NCBI GenBank assembly: GCA_034780895.1
Contig: JAUZTB010000072.1
Span: forward strand, 3,893,683 to 3,957,682
Source of the DNA: Rhynchobatus australiae
Lineage: Eukaryota
Reading direction: 5' to 3'
DNA length: 64,000 nucleotides
Notes under the pieces: model-generated
Databases searched by the model: none
The model's input: only the letters and a program-made list of their open reading frames with translations
What the model was told of the DNA's origin: nothing
Shown here: positions 53,175 to 64,000 of the stretch, piece after piece
Numbering within the stretch: the first letter of the stretch is position 1
Layout: every line of letters begins with the position of its first letter
Program-made: the position numbers and the translations under genes

Positions 53175-53705
53175 GTAAAAGACTTGCATGTATATAGCAC
53201 CGTTCATCTCTACAGCCAATGAAATACTTAAAAGTTGCAGGCACAACATCCCAAATCGCATTATGGCCAATAAAGTATTCTTGAATTGTAGACCCTGTTA
53301 TAAAATGGAACTAATCCCCCTTCATCACAAGGACTGCTCACCACCACCTGCTCATGGACAATTACGGAAGTGCATTAAATGCTAGCACTAGTACAGCCCA
53401 CCTCTTGCAAATGAATAAAAGAAACAGCCAATTTGCACACAGCATAAAAACACTCTGATGCACCAGATTTTTTTTTATATATATCATAGCATTAACCAGG
53501 AGAAATACTGACCCTGAAATAATATTAGGCTATCATTTGCACCCATTTGAGAGCATAGACAAAGGCTCAATTTAATGTCTCATCTGAAAGCACTCCCTCA
53601 GTCCTGCACTGGAGTCTTAATTTTTGTGCTCAGTTATCTAGAGTGGGATTTGAACCCACAACCTGAATTACTGACAAAACTGCTAAGAAATAAGCCATGG
53701 CTGAT
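53175..53705 (-). mobile_element. Deu-domain SINE remnant interrupted by a plus-strand LINE tail (~53310-53424)
   Basis: Reverse tail aaagacttgcatgtatatagcac; reverse core tttaatgtctcatctgaaagcactccctcagt; reverse B box gggatttgaacc. Confidence 0.7.
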
Positions 53706-54442
53706 TATTAAACATATGAGGGAGAGAAGTAGGAAGAGGTTCATGTAATGCCCAGACCACTTGGATTGAAAAGTCTGTTTCTACTATTTACATTCTACTG
53801 TCTAAACAGTATGCCTCCTGAAGATGGAAATAGTAAATCACATTAGTTTTATTGTTGTTGCAGTATAACTACAATTGTTAACCATATTGTGCATAGTAAT
53901 CAGTAGAAATTAATGTTTCTGGCTCTACAGTGCTCTAAGCAAATACCTGTAGTATAACACTGTCGCAATTAATGNNNNNNNNNNNNNNNNNNNNNNNNNN
54001 NNNNNNNNNNNNNNNNCCACATTAAACAGGGCATATGCAGCCATGGAGACTACCAAGAGAGTCAGAAAAAGTTGACATTTGATTTACAAGTTTCTAGTTA
54101 TTTGTTTTTAAATATGCTTTTGACATTTAAATATTGCCACAAATATTTAAATGACACCATAGACACGCAGCAGCTTTGAAAATGCAGTGTGAAATTAAGG
54201 ACCTCAACAAGACTCCATGAACTGTTTTTGCAATCTGCAATGACATTTACTGCTTGTTTTGATGCCCAAAGTACAACACAAGTCACTTTAACTGTATCAA
54301 AACTTAAAGGGAACAAAGTAAAGATATTTGTGGCAAATTCATACACAAGTATAAAAGCAGTTTCCGCTGCCCATCATTAAGATTCATGAAAAGTATACAT
54401 ACTTAAATGATGTATTGATTTCATCTATAGCCATGCACAAAC

Positions 54443-54589
54443 CTTCTGCAGATTGGTGGTGCTAACATGCAATTTCTTCATCGGTCCAGTTTCCACAGGC
54501 CCACTGGACAGTGTGTCACCTTGATTGCCTCGTGAACTCCGGTGTTGAAAAATGATAGGATCTTCCTCTTCTTCAGCCAACGTGTAACC
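54443..54589 (-). CDS. MTOR: MTOR internal coding exon (exon 25 equivalent), 147 bp
   Basis: aatag|GGT...AAG|gtttgt; translates GYTLAEEEEDPIIFQHRSSRGNQGDTLSSGPVETGPMKKLHVSTTNLQK. Not in the ORF track; read manually. Confidence 0.97.
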
Positions 54590-54684
54590 CTATTGTGCAC
54601 ATTTTAATTAATTTAAATAATTTCCTTAGCAATAGAAACAGAAATCAGATTTTTCCTTGACCAGTAAAACTGAAGATACTGAAT

Positions 54685-54820
54685 CAACACATACAAAGTG
54701 CTGGAGGAACTCAGCAGGTCAGACAGCATTATGGAGGGAAATAAACAATTGATGTTTTGGGTTGAGACCCTTCATCAGGACTGGAAAGGAAGAGGGCAGA
54801 AGTCAGAATAAGGAGAAGGA
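54685..54820 (-). repeat. PLE terminal repeat with decayed minimal hammerhead motif
   Basis: Minus strand: cagtc-CTGATGA-agggtctcaaccc-AAAAC-ATC-aattg followed by ...tgctgtctgacctgctgagttcctccagcactttg. Confidence 0.7.
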
Positions 54821-55613
54821 TATTAATTCACCCATTGCTGCTTTATAAGTAAGTTCTTCACCAGTGCTAAATTTCACTCTTAAGTAAATTTGCATTTGGC
54901 AAAAATATAGACTTACTTGATCAATCATAAACAGAACTGAAGGCAATTTTCAACATGGTTATGATGTAGTCAAATAAATATTTCCCCAACATAAACCCGA
55001 GAGTGTGGTATATAGGAGGGCTGTGAGGTGGCATTTGCTGAAAAATTGGGAAATGTACTTAAAAATTCTACTGTCGTGCAAAAAAGAACTAAATTACATA
55101 TTAGGAGAAATGTGACAAAGTCAGATATCATTGCTTGGTGGGTTAGCAAACTGTACTTTGACAACACAAGCAAGCAAATCGCTCATGAGTAGCTCCATAA
55201 AAATCACATTTCAGGCCTGATCAAACTTGGATCAATACGTATCCACCTTCACACTGTGAATACATGATAAATGCTGAAGAATTCTACAGTACAGATCTCT
55301 TTTGATGACCACACCAATTACATTTCAAGGTTAAGGTTAAGTTAAAGAGGTTCAGTGCTATGCAATTAAAATGGTAATATATTACCGAGTCAGAATGGTN
55401 NNNNNNNNNAGACCCAGTGATGATTAAGGAGTGGCGGTAAGTAAGTCAGAATGGTATGTAACTTAGCGGCAAACCTGCAAGTGGCAATGATCTTGCACCT
55501 GCTACCCTTACCTTTGTTGGGTGGGAGATGTTGAAGGTTTGGGGCTGAAACAAAACAGAATCCAGGCAGTACTGCATTTTCAAACTTAAAAGAGGAATTA
55601 AATCCAAACTCAC

Positions 55614-55706
55614 CTTTACAATGCGACATATTAACACATCATATCGTTGATGGTTTATCCTGTGGCGCATCATCACCTTGTTCACCATGGGAATAAATAT
55701 CTGATA
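55614..55706 (-). CDS. MTOR: MTOR internal coding exon (human exon 24 equivalent), 93 bp
   Basis: Minus strand reads ttttcag|TAT...AAG|gtgagt and translates YQIFIPMVNKVMMRHRINHQRYDVLICRIVK, near-identical to human mTOR ~1188-1218. Phase 0 at both ends. Confidence 0.97.
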
Positions 55707-55989
55707 CTGAAAAATATACAAATACATGTCATTAGAATTAAGCAATGCTTCTGTTTGCCATTAATTTCTTCTATTTGTTTTTAATGGAGACACATTCACT
55801 TCCAATTATATGTTACCATGAAACAGCAGTTGGGGTTCACTATTTTAATAAATTACATATAAGTAATTTAAAAAAGCCCTGCAGTAACAGGCTTGGCTGA
55901 GGTGGCAGCACTCTTGCCTTTAAGTCAATATATTGTGGGCCCCCCTCCAAAGGTGAGCATATGGAAGTTTAAGGAGGTTCAGCAGGTCA

Positions 55990-56530
55990 TCAAAGACTCT
56001 GACAAACTTCTACAGATGTACAGTGGAAAGCATTCTGACTGGATATATCATGGCCTGGTATGGAAACTCCAATGCACAGGAATGCAAGAGGCTACAGAGA
56101 GCGGTGGGACTCAGCCAGTTCCATCACGGGTACAGCTCTCCCCACCATCGAGGGCATCTACAGGAGGCGATGTCTCAGGAAGACAGCATCCATCATCCAG
56201 GACCCCCACCGTTCAGGCGATGCCCCCTTGTCATCAGACAGGAGGTACCAAAGACCCACACCACAACAGCTTCATCCCCACTGCCATCAGGTTCTTTGAC
56301 AGACCTGTAAAACCCTAATCCTACCTCAGACTATATTTCCCACAATTTGCACTAACGTCATTCTGTCTATTTTTGTTTATTTTGTCAAGTAAGTTATGTA
56401 TAACTCATGTTAATTTAAGCTTGTAATTTATGTTTGTCACCATTATAATGTACTGTGCTGCTGCTACAAAAAGCTAATTTTCATGGCATTTATACCCTGG
56501 GTATGTTCACCCTTCACAATAAACTTGAAC
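55990..56530 (+). mobile_element. Rex1/Babar-like LINE 3' fragment
   Basis: ESILTGYIMAWYGNSNAQECKRLQR, GIYRRRCLRKTASIIQDP and NSFIPTAIR motifs; UTR ends caataaacttgaac. Confidence 0.85.
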
Positions 56531-57369
56531 ATGGATCATAAAGCAGGGAAACAGGCCCTAATGGATCACCACATCTGCACGGATCATCAAGCATCCATCT
56601 ACACTAATCCCATTTTTCCCCTTGCATCTGTATGAACTCCCCTCCCAACATCTTATTCTACTGCCACCCACCTACACCAAAGGCAATTTACAGTAGCCAA
56701 TTAAATTACCAACCAGAATATCTTTCGCGCTTTCATTCAGTGCAGAGTAATATTGCACTGGTGGAGCTATTGTCTGTTGGGCAAGATATTAAACATGTGG
56801 TTCACTGTAACATACTGTCACCAGCCATGTCAGGCAGGTGGGATCATTCCATCCAGCCTGCTCATTTTCACAAGGGTTATCACTCCAAAAGAGTTGCTTC
56901 TGTCTTGCCCGTAAATGGTTCAGATGCCTCTTCATGAGGTTCATTGGAGTTGGCCTGTATTCCTCACCCACAAAGTCCTAATGTTTGTCAAATCAACATC
57001 TTATTGAATGGCAAGAGGTGACTCTAATGTTCTGAGGCTGTGATGCACACAGCACAGGGTGTGCCTCTCTGGATCTACAAGTCCCTAGCACCTCTCTTTT
57101 TGATACAAATGCAAAACTTTCCTTCTCAATAAAAGGAGCCTCAGGTGCTCTTAAAAAGAAGATGGAAGTTATTTGTCAAAAGCTAAATTGGAAGGAGCAG
57201 TAGATATGTAATGAGGGAGCAGGAAGAATATTATTTTAAGTGTTAGATTTATTTTGTGAAGCATAGAATATTTTAAATTTAACCAATGCAATGAACTATA
57301 AAACTTAAAAACTATGGCATTTGTATTTTGATTAAAAATATCAGTACTTCATTATGTATAACCCTGTGC

Positions 57370-57955
57370 AATGTTTTGGATTGTCACTCTGGCCCACAAT
57401 AAAGATGTGCTCTACCAGATTAAACCATGGTCTCAAGTATTCTCTCAGGTAAACAAAAGATTGAACAGGGCCCAAAGAACAGGTGAGTTCACCCCAGCAA
57501 TTTGCCCAATATTTCCTCCCTTGATCAACTTTACCAAAAACAGATCTTGTATTATCACGTTCCTGTTGTGGGTCATTGTTGTGCACAAGTTGACTGTTCC
57601 ATTTCCTACATTACCACTGGATTAATCTTCAAAAAGGCTCATATTAGCTGCAAAATACATCAGAGCATGCTGATGTCAACAAGCAGGCAAATAAAGATCC
57701 CATGACACTTTTTCCAGGGTTAGGAAATTCTCCCAGTATTACATCCAAATACTACCGCTTGGTCAGCACTAGTAAAACCTATCAACTGATCCAATAACTA
57801 CCAGAGAGCATCATTATGTGCAAACTGACAATAGCATTTTCATAAATTATAGCACTGTGCACTTCAAAAGTACTTCATCAGCAAATTATTCTGAGGAATC
57901 GCACGGCCTTGAAAGGTCCGACAAAAACACAAGACTGCCTTTTCTTTCTTTCCAC
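57370..57955 (+). mobile_element. Two adjacent Deu-domain SINE remnants
   Basis: Core (cagattaaaccatggtctc...caatatttcctccc...gtgcacaagttgactg...tttcctacattac) and a second tail (cacttcaaaagtacttcat...gaaagg). Confidence 0.55.
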
Positions 57956-59219
57956 AGATAACAAGAGAATGTGAAAGCAACTGAGAGCCTGAATTTACCC
58001 TGAGGAAATTAGAATCAAAGAAAATTTAGAAAAGATAAGGCCCTTCCACCCATCATGTTTCTCCTCGGAGAACTGAGTTACCCAGTCTAATCCCACCCTC
58101 CAGCAACAGGTCTGTAGCTTTGTAGGCCTCAGTTTACAGTTTTCCAGTCTACTTTACACTCTTTCCAGTGCAATTATATTTTTCCCATGATATGGTGACC
58201 AGGACTGTTTGCTGTGTGAGCCGTGACCAAATTAAAACCCCATTTTTGAGTGGGTTTGGTAATCACACTGCAGCACACATTCATGCTTAAAAGAAATAAA
58301 TCCAATATCCTGGCTGCAGCGTTCTTTCCTGGCAAAGCTTGACTGGCATATCCCATGTAAACAGATGCCAGCTAAAACTCACCTGAGACTTGAGCTTTGT
58401 AAGCCTGATCAAACAAAATGACAGTTAAAGAATACAATCTTAGGGTTTAAAAATTCCTACTAAATAGGTGGTTATCATTTTAATCAATTTAAATTAATTA
58501 AGAGTAAGTATATAGATATAATTGTCCAGGAAATGGATTGAGCTTTCATTTTTATTGTGTTTCAGCACATTTCATAGAAAAGTCCTGGAGTACCTCGTCT
58601 GAGATACTTTTAAGTGCAGGTATGATCATTCTGGTTCTGGATAAGTATGGCAAGGGGTTTATACAAAGGTCCACCTGTCATCAAAAAAAATTAAGATTTT
58701 TTTTGAAACTACATTGATTCAGGGAGAAAAAAAGTTGGTCAAGACACTGGGAACAGTCTCTGCTGCAAGAACTGCCATGACACATTTAACAGCCAGCCAA
58801 ACCACTGGAACAGGCGACATAAACTTAGTGTGACATCCAAATCAAAAGGCAACATCACCATCAATCCACATCACCCTAGAACATCTCTGAATTCCTAGAG
58901 TGGAGCTTGAGAACATAACCTGCAGCTGAGCTGGAGGGAATGCAAATGGACTTTGTTCATTAGAAGCCAAACAAAGCAATCCGGATTCCAAAATAAACAT
59001 CTGCAGTAGATTCCCCCCAAAATAGCAACGTAAAACTCATTAGATCAGACCCAGTGGTGAAAGTTTTAACATGGAACGTGCTCATCCTGAGTTCAAAAGT
59101 AACCAGCTGAGACCATGAATCAGTGAGTCCCTTGCGTACTTGGCCAAGTTCACATCCAGATGCATATCATTAAAGCTGCTTTCAATCTTGTCTGTCGGGA
59201 TTATCTTTCTTACTTATGA

Positions 59220-59690
59220 CAGGGAAGGCAGTCATTCCACCCAACAAGTCCATGCCAATTCCCAAGATAGGAATCCCATCAGTTCCATTCCACCTCTCCC
59301 GATTTCCATGCACTCAACAACTTATTTTCTCTCACATGCTCATCAACTCCTAAACCATTTTTTGTCACACTAAGGAGTAATTTACTGTAGACAACAGACT
59401 GTCTGTTGCTCCAGATTCCAGCATCTGCAAAGTGCTGGAGGAAGTCAGCAAGTCAGGCAGCATTGGTGGAAGGAAATGGACAGTCGATGTTTTGGGTCCT
59501 GAAACGTCGACTGTCCAATTCCCTCCACAGATGCTGCCTGACCCACTGAATTCTTCCAGTACACTATTAATCTCCTCGCATGTCACTGGGACACAGGAGG
59601 AAACCAGAGCAGCCTGCCTAAACCCGTGTGGTTACAGGGAAACTCTGCACATGTTACTCTGAGTCATTAATTGCTGCAACACCCATGGCT
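59220..59690 (-). mobile_element. Decayed V-SINE split by a palindromic insertion
   Basis: Tail part 59220-59394 resembles 41780-41900; reverse V-domain ggaggaaaccagagcagcc...ggttacagggaaactc resumes after 59566. Confidence 0.65.
59431..59565. repeat. ~135-bp imperfect palindrome made of two inverted PLE terminal repeats
   Basis: Left arm ...gtcaggcagcattggtggaaggaaatggacagtcgatgttttggg pairs with right arm cctgaaacgtcgactgtccaattccctccacagatgctgcctgac...; centre ~59497. Confidence 0.9.
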
Positions 59691-60089
59691 CCTCTCTGTG
59701 ATTCACACCATGAGTCCAGTAAACCAGCTGAAGCCATGATCTGTTTCATATAACATTCTTGATTCTTCAATCACTTGCACATTGATGTATCAAGAGAATG
59801 AGGGAGTCAGATCAACAATGTATGGGAACTGCATCTGCCCCTTAATTCATTCCTTAAATGCTAGTCTTAATACATTACCACATATAACCACAATTTTTTT
59901 TTAATGTATCACAAGCATCACCATTTACATTGACAGCCCCTGAACACTGAAATGGAAAAGATAATACAAACCAAATGGAAGATTGCTTCATTGTTTCCAT
60001 TCATGCTCATTTTTGGACACTGATATAAAAGTTACCAATGGATCTCACACAGATTTTGGCAGATGCAATGAAATATATTCTATAACAAA

Positions 60090-61000
60090 ACTGGATACAA
60101 AACTGGCTTGGCGTCAGGAGTCAGAAGGTGGTTGTGTGGGGATGCTTTTCAGGTAGGAGCCAGTGACCAGCAGTGTGCCACAGGAATTGGTGCTGGGTCC
60201 ATTGTTGTTCATCATCTGCATTAACGATCTGGATGGGAGTGTAGCTGGCATGGTAAGTAAGTTTGCAGGTGACACCAAAATTGGTGGCATAGTGAACAGT
60301 GAAGGTTATATCTAAGATTGCAATTGGATCTAGGTCAACTGGCGCCGCATGACAGATGGACTTTAAGTATGACAACTGCGAGGTGTTGCATTTTGGGAAG
60401 GTACACCAGGGCAGGACTTGTTCAATAAATGGTAGGGTCATGGAGAGTGCTGTAGAACAGAGACCTCTTGGGGTGCAAGTACATAGCTCCCTGAAAGTAG
60501 TAACATGGATAGAAAAGGTGGTGAAGGTGGCATTTGGCATGCTTGCCTTCATCGGTCAGGGCACTGAGTACAAGAGTTGGGGACGCCATGTTACAACTGT
60601 ACAAAATGTACATTTAGAGGGTTTGAGTTACAAGGAGAGACTGGATATGCTGGGGATTCTTTCCCTAGAGCAGAGGAGGCTGAGGGGTGACCTTGTAGAG
60701 GTATACAAAATCTTGAGGGGCATAGACTTAAGGTGAGAAGGGAAATATTTAAAGGGGACCTGAGGGGCAACTTTTTCCACACAAAGGGTGGTGAGTATGT
60801 GGAATGAGTTTGCCAGAAGAAGTGGTGTGGGTACAATTACAACACTTAAAAGACATTTAGAAAGGTACACGGATAGGAACGGTTTAGAGGGATGTGGGCC
60901 AAATACAGGGAAATTGGACTTGCACAGGTAGGCAACTTGGTCAGCATGGAGGACTTAGACCAAAAGGCCTGAATCCGTGTTGTTTAACTGTATGACTTTA
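60090..61000 (+). mobile_element. CR1-type LINE fragment with internal deletions
   Basis: VPQELVLGPLLF, SKFAGDTKIGG, CEVLHFG and LEQRRLRGDLVEVYKIL motifs; tail. Confidence 0.92.
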
Positions 61001-61004
61001 ACTG

Positions 61005-61320
61005 AAAAGCACAGAATCACAGATGCTGGAAAACTGAAATAAAATCAGAAATTCTGGGCATAATCAGCAGATCATGCAATATGGAGAGAAAAAACGATTC
61101 TTCTTTTCAGGTGGATCAACCGGAAAATTGAGGAAACAGCATGTTTTAAGTTGCAGAGAGAGGGAGAGTTTATGATGGGTGGAGACCAACCTGCCCAGGT
61201 AACACAATTGCTTTCAGTCCCATCTGAGAGAGGGAAATGATTGCTTGTTATCCAAAATGAATGGGGGCTGTAAGGAAAAAAACCTGCTGGAATTGTGAGA
61301 TGCAGAACACTGCGCACATT
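61005..61320 (-). repeat. PLE terminal repeat and UTR remnant
   Basis: cagatgctggaaaactgaaataaaatcagaaattctggg...tcagcagatc matches the other copies in reverse. Confidence 0.55.
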
Positions 61321-61579
61321 TGCTGGAAATAGAATGGACTGAATACTACCTGCAGATCTAAAACAGTAAAAAGTCTCTTGTTCTACATCGTTCTTTAATT
61401 TTCTGTCTTTCTAACACCACATACCTACTCTCACCAGCCCAAACACAAGACCAATACCAACAATGAACAAACTCAATATCACACAACATCCTTCATAACA
61501 TAGAGGTCTAATCTTAGTTATCATTCGACATGTAAGTAGTATAAAGAATTAGAAGGTTTCTCTCCGTATTATTCTACTT

Positions 61580-61875
61580 AGTCATAGACTTGTACAGCAC
61601 AGAAATGGATCCTTCATCCCATAACATCCAATGCCGACCCTCTTTGCCCATCTACACTTATTGAATATGGTTGCATTAGGACAAATTCCTTCTGTGCCCG
61701 ACCTATTTATGTGTCTGTTTAAATGTCTATTAAATATAGTCATTCTGATTCCACCATCTCCTCTGGAAGTACATTCCAGATATCAGCTACTCCTTGTAAA
61801 AATAACTTACTCCTCAGATCCCCTATAAAACTTCTTCCTCTCACCTTAAAACTATGTCTTCTTGTTTTGATACTA
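61580..61875 (-). mobile_element. CR1 3' fragment
   Basis: ORF 61740..61991 contains KTRRHSFKVRGRSFIGDLRSKLFLQGVADIWNVLPEE. Confidence 0.85.
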
Positions 61876-63828
61876 GACAAAAATAAACTAAAACAGGCTG
61901 CAATTATAATCCCATCTCCAGACAATTTCCTCTTCCATGGTGAGGAAATCAAATCAACAGGGAAGCTTTTTTTCTGACCAGGGTTGTCCATGCTGTGATA
62001 TGATGAAAAGGCTCAAAATGATAATAAGCTTTGATCAGACAAGCAGAAACAAACAAAACCTACCAATCTGGTGAGGTAGCTAACCACATGGCATAAACTT
62101 AAGATCAACAAGAGGGGGAAAAAAAACAAGATTTGTGTGGAGAATTACTCAGAAGCAGAATATGCATTCCTTTTTTTGTAAGTGGTAGTTGAAAACAAAA
62201 AATGTAGAAAATTGTAGGATCAGATGGATGGCTCCACAAAAGGTTACATGGGTAAAACAGGCCGACTAGTCCTTCTCTGGACTGTAGCATGTTATTCTAT
62301 CATTAAGCATTTAGCATCAGAAATTAACCACTCTTAGCTGTAAAATACCCAATTGTATTCAGCCAATGAACATCCCCAAACTGCAGATAAACACACCATC
62401 TCTGGCAATTCAGGAAGAGAGCCAGAGTGTCTTTACAAGGAACACTCAAAGTCACCATTCACGGCTGACATTTCAACCTCCTGTTGAACCTATCTGGGCT
62501 CTCCTCAACATGTTAATTTGGGAAATTGTATTGCATATCATTTGGCATTGACGCCCCTTCTGAGTCCTCCCTCAGCCCTGAAGAGGTTCTTCGTTCTGGA
62601 AGAATACATACTGTTATCTTTTCAATATTTTTAAAAGATTTCACTCCTCACCCTCTCAAGAAATGAATGGACTTGTACTAAATGTCCAACACAACCTTTT
62701 TCTCACTACTATTTTATTGCTATAGAAATCTCTAAAATCAGGAAAATGAGCAAACTTCCACAAATACATGCTTATAAATTCATGAAAAATACTGGCACTG
62801 ACGATGCAATTGAAAATAAAATTGCACTGAAAAAAAAGTTAAGAATTCAGATGAAGTTTTTTTCACATTTTGAGACAAGTGATTTCACTGTTCCAGTTGT
62901 AGTTGATGGAACAATGAACCCAAATTCCTGCATGTTAAAAAGGCATACAAAGCCTGCTGTGAAAGGTTTATGTAATAAAAATATTTCCTTCATACTGCAT
63001 CCAGCTCTGTAATACATCACTGCATTTAATGTCCTTCTATGAATGCCTCAAAAGGCACAACTTTTCAGTCCTCAGTTTTTCAGAGTAAACTACAATAAAC
63101 CAAACTCTGTATCAAAACAGTTTTCCAACTCTATTTTTATTGCTAACTAGCAGAAAAGTATTAAGCATTCTTTTCACCAATAAACAAATCACTGTCATTC
63201 ATTGAAATGAAACACATCTCACATTTCTCTAGATAAAAAACCTTGCCAAAAATAGCAACTTTAAATCTTGATTCATTTTAGTAAACATTCATTACATGTC
63301 CTTAGATACAAAAGACAATGATTTCAAGGCTGCATTCTAAAGATATAGGCTCCAAGATATTCAAAAACCATTCAAGAAGTGCTTATGTTTAGACTGCCAT
63401 CTCAACCAATTATTTGCATAGAACTTATAGTCAGCAAGTCCTTGCCATTAATTTACTTGCATTATTCAAAAAAGAAACCATGATCATTAGATACAAATTT
63501 AAGTACCTCATGGTGATATGGTAACACAAACTATGGTGATGCTAAGGACAGCACTAACAGGGAAGCAATAGTCGGTCTTCCATTTTATTATTTTTGAGAG
63601 CCTTTTGCAGCTACGACACTCTTAAAATACAAGTCAACGTAAAACAGACAAATTCAGATGCAAATTAAATTCTGAAAATACCAAAGAACCAAAGGCAGTA
63701 AACGAACATACAACTTAGGACAGTACATNNNNNNNNNNNNNNNNNNNNNNNNNNNNNNNNNNNNNNNNNNNNNNNNNNNNNNNNNNNNNNNNNNNNNNNN
63801 NNNNNNNNNNNNNNNNNNNNNNNNNNNN

Positions 63829-63860
63829 AGGGGAAGGGGAGGGGAGGGGAAGGGGGGGGA
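63829..63860. repeat. (GGGGA)n-like purine microsatellite next to a gap
   Basis: aggggaaggggaggggaggggaagggggggaag read directly. Confidence 0.8.
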
Positions 63861-64000
63861 AGAGAGATATAGTCCGGGGGTGGAGAAGAGGGGAATCTGT
63901 ATACACTCCCAGAAAATGAATTCTTTTCCATCCACCAGCAAAGCCCATCAGCCATTTGCAGCCACAAACTGTTTATTTCAGACAAACCTAACTCCAGCAA

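Noticed and set aside
55388-55455. C/D snoRNA suggested by GTGATGA and repeated agtcagaatggt
   Set aside because: The C box is antisense to the MTOR host transcript, no properly placed D box or terminal stem is evident, and the repeat abuts a 10-N gap.
55707-64000. MTOR exon 23 equivalent
   Set aside because: I could not find the expected ...LVFQLGKK coding sequence; it presumably lies beyond the window. Exon 30 was likewise not found in 1-1511.

Overview
AT-rich vertebrate genomic DNA from a gapped draft assembly. The repeat families point to a cartilaginous fish, probably a ray-type batoid (inference). The minus strand carries six consecutive internal coding exons of MTOR, equivalent to human exons 24-29 (numbering recalled from memory). 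All have GT-AG sites and join into one continuous frame. The ~45 kb intron between the exon-28 and exon-29 equivalents (1588-46771) contains a complete five-exon ANGPTL7 gene on the plus strand (CDS 26251-33227, 348 aa), the nested antisense arrangement known in mammals. A 100-N gap inside ANGPTL7 exon 3 is a false gap with 12 duplicated bases; removing it restores a 195-bp in-frame exon. The remainder is intronic and filled with decayed CR1, L2, Rex1-like and other LINE fragments, V-SINEs, Deu-domain SINEs, a hAT-like MITE and Penelope-like element (PLE) remnants. The least-explained signal is a dispersed family of PLE terminal repeats. Its copies together reconstruct a minimal hammerhead-ribozyme motif, and some occur as stand-alone palindromes. 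A V-SINE whose tail resembles the Rex1-like LINE 3' end is also notable. I found no prokaryotic system or CRISPR array, and I cannot demonstrate a wholly new biological system. Repeat boundaries are approximate and family names come from motif recognition, not database searches.
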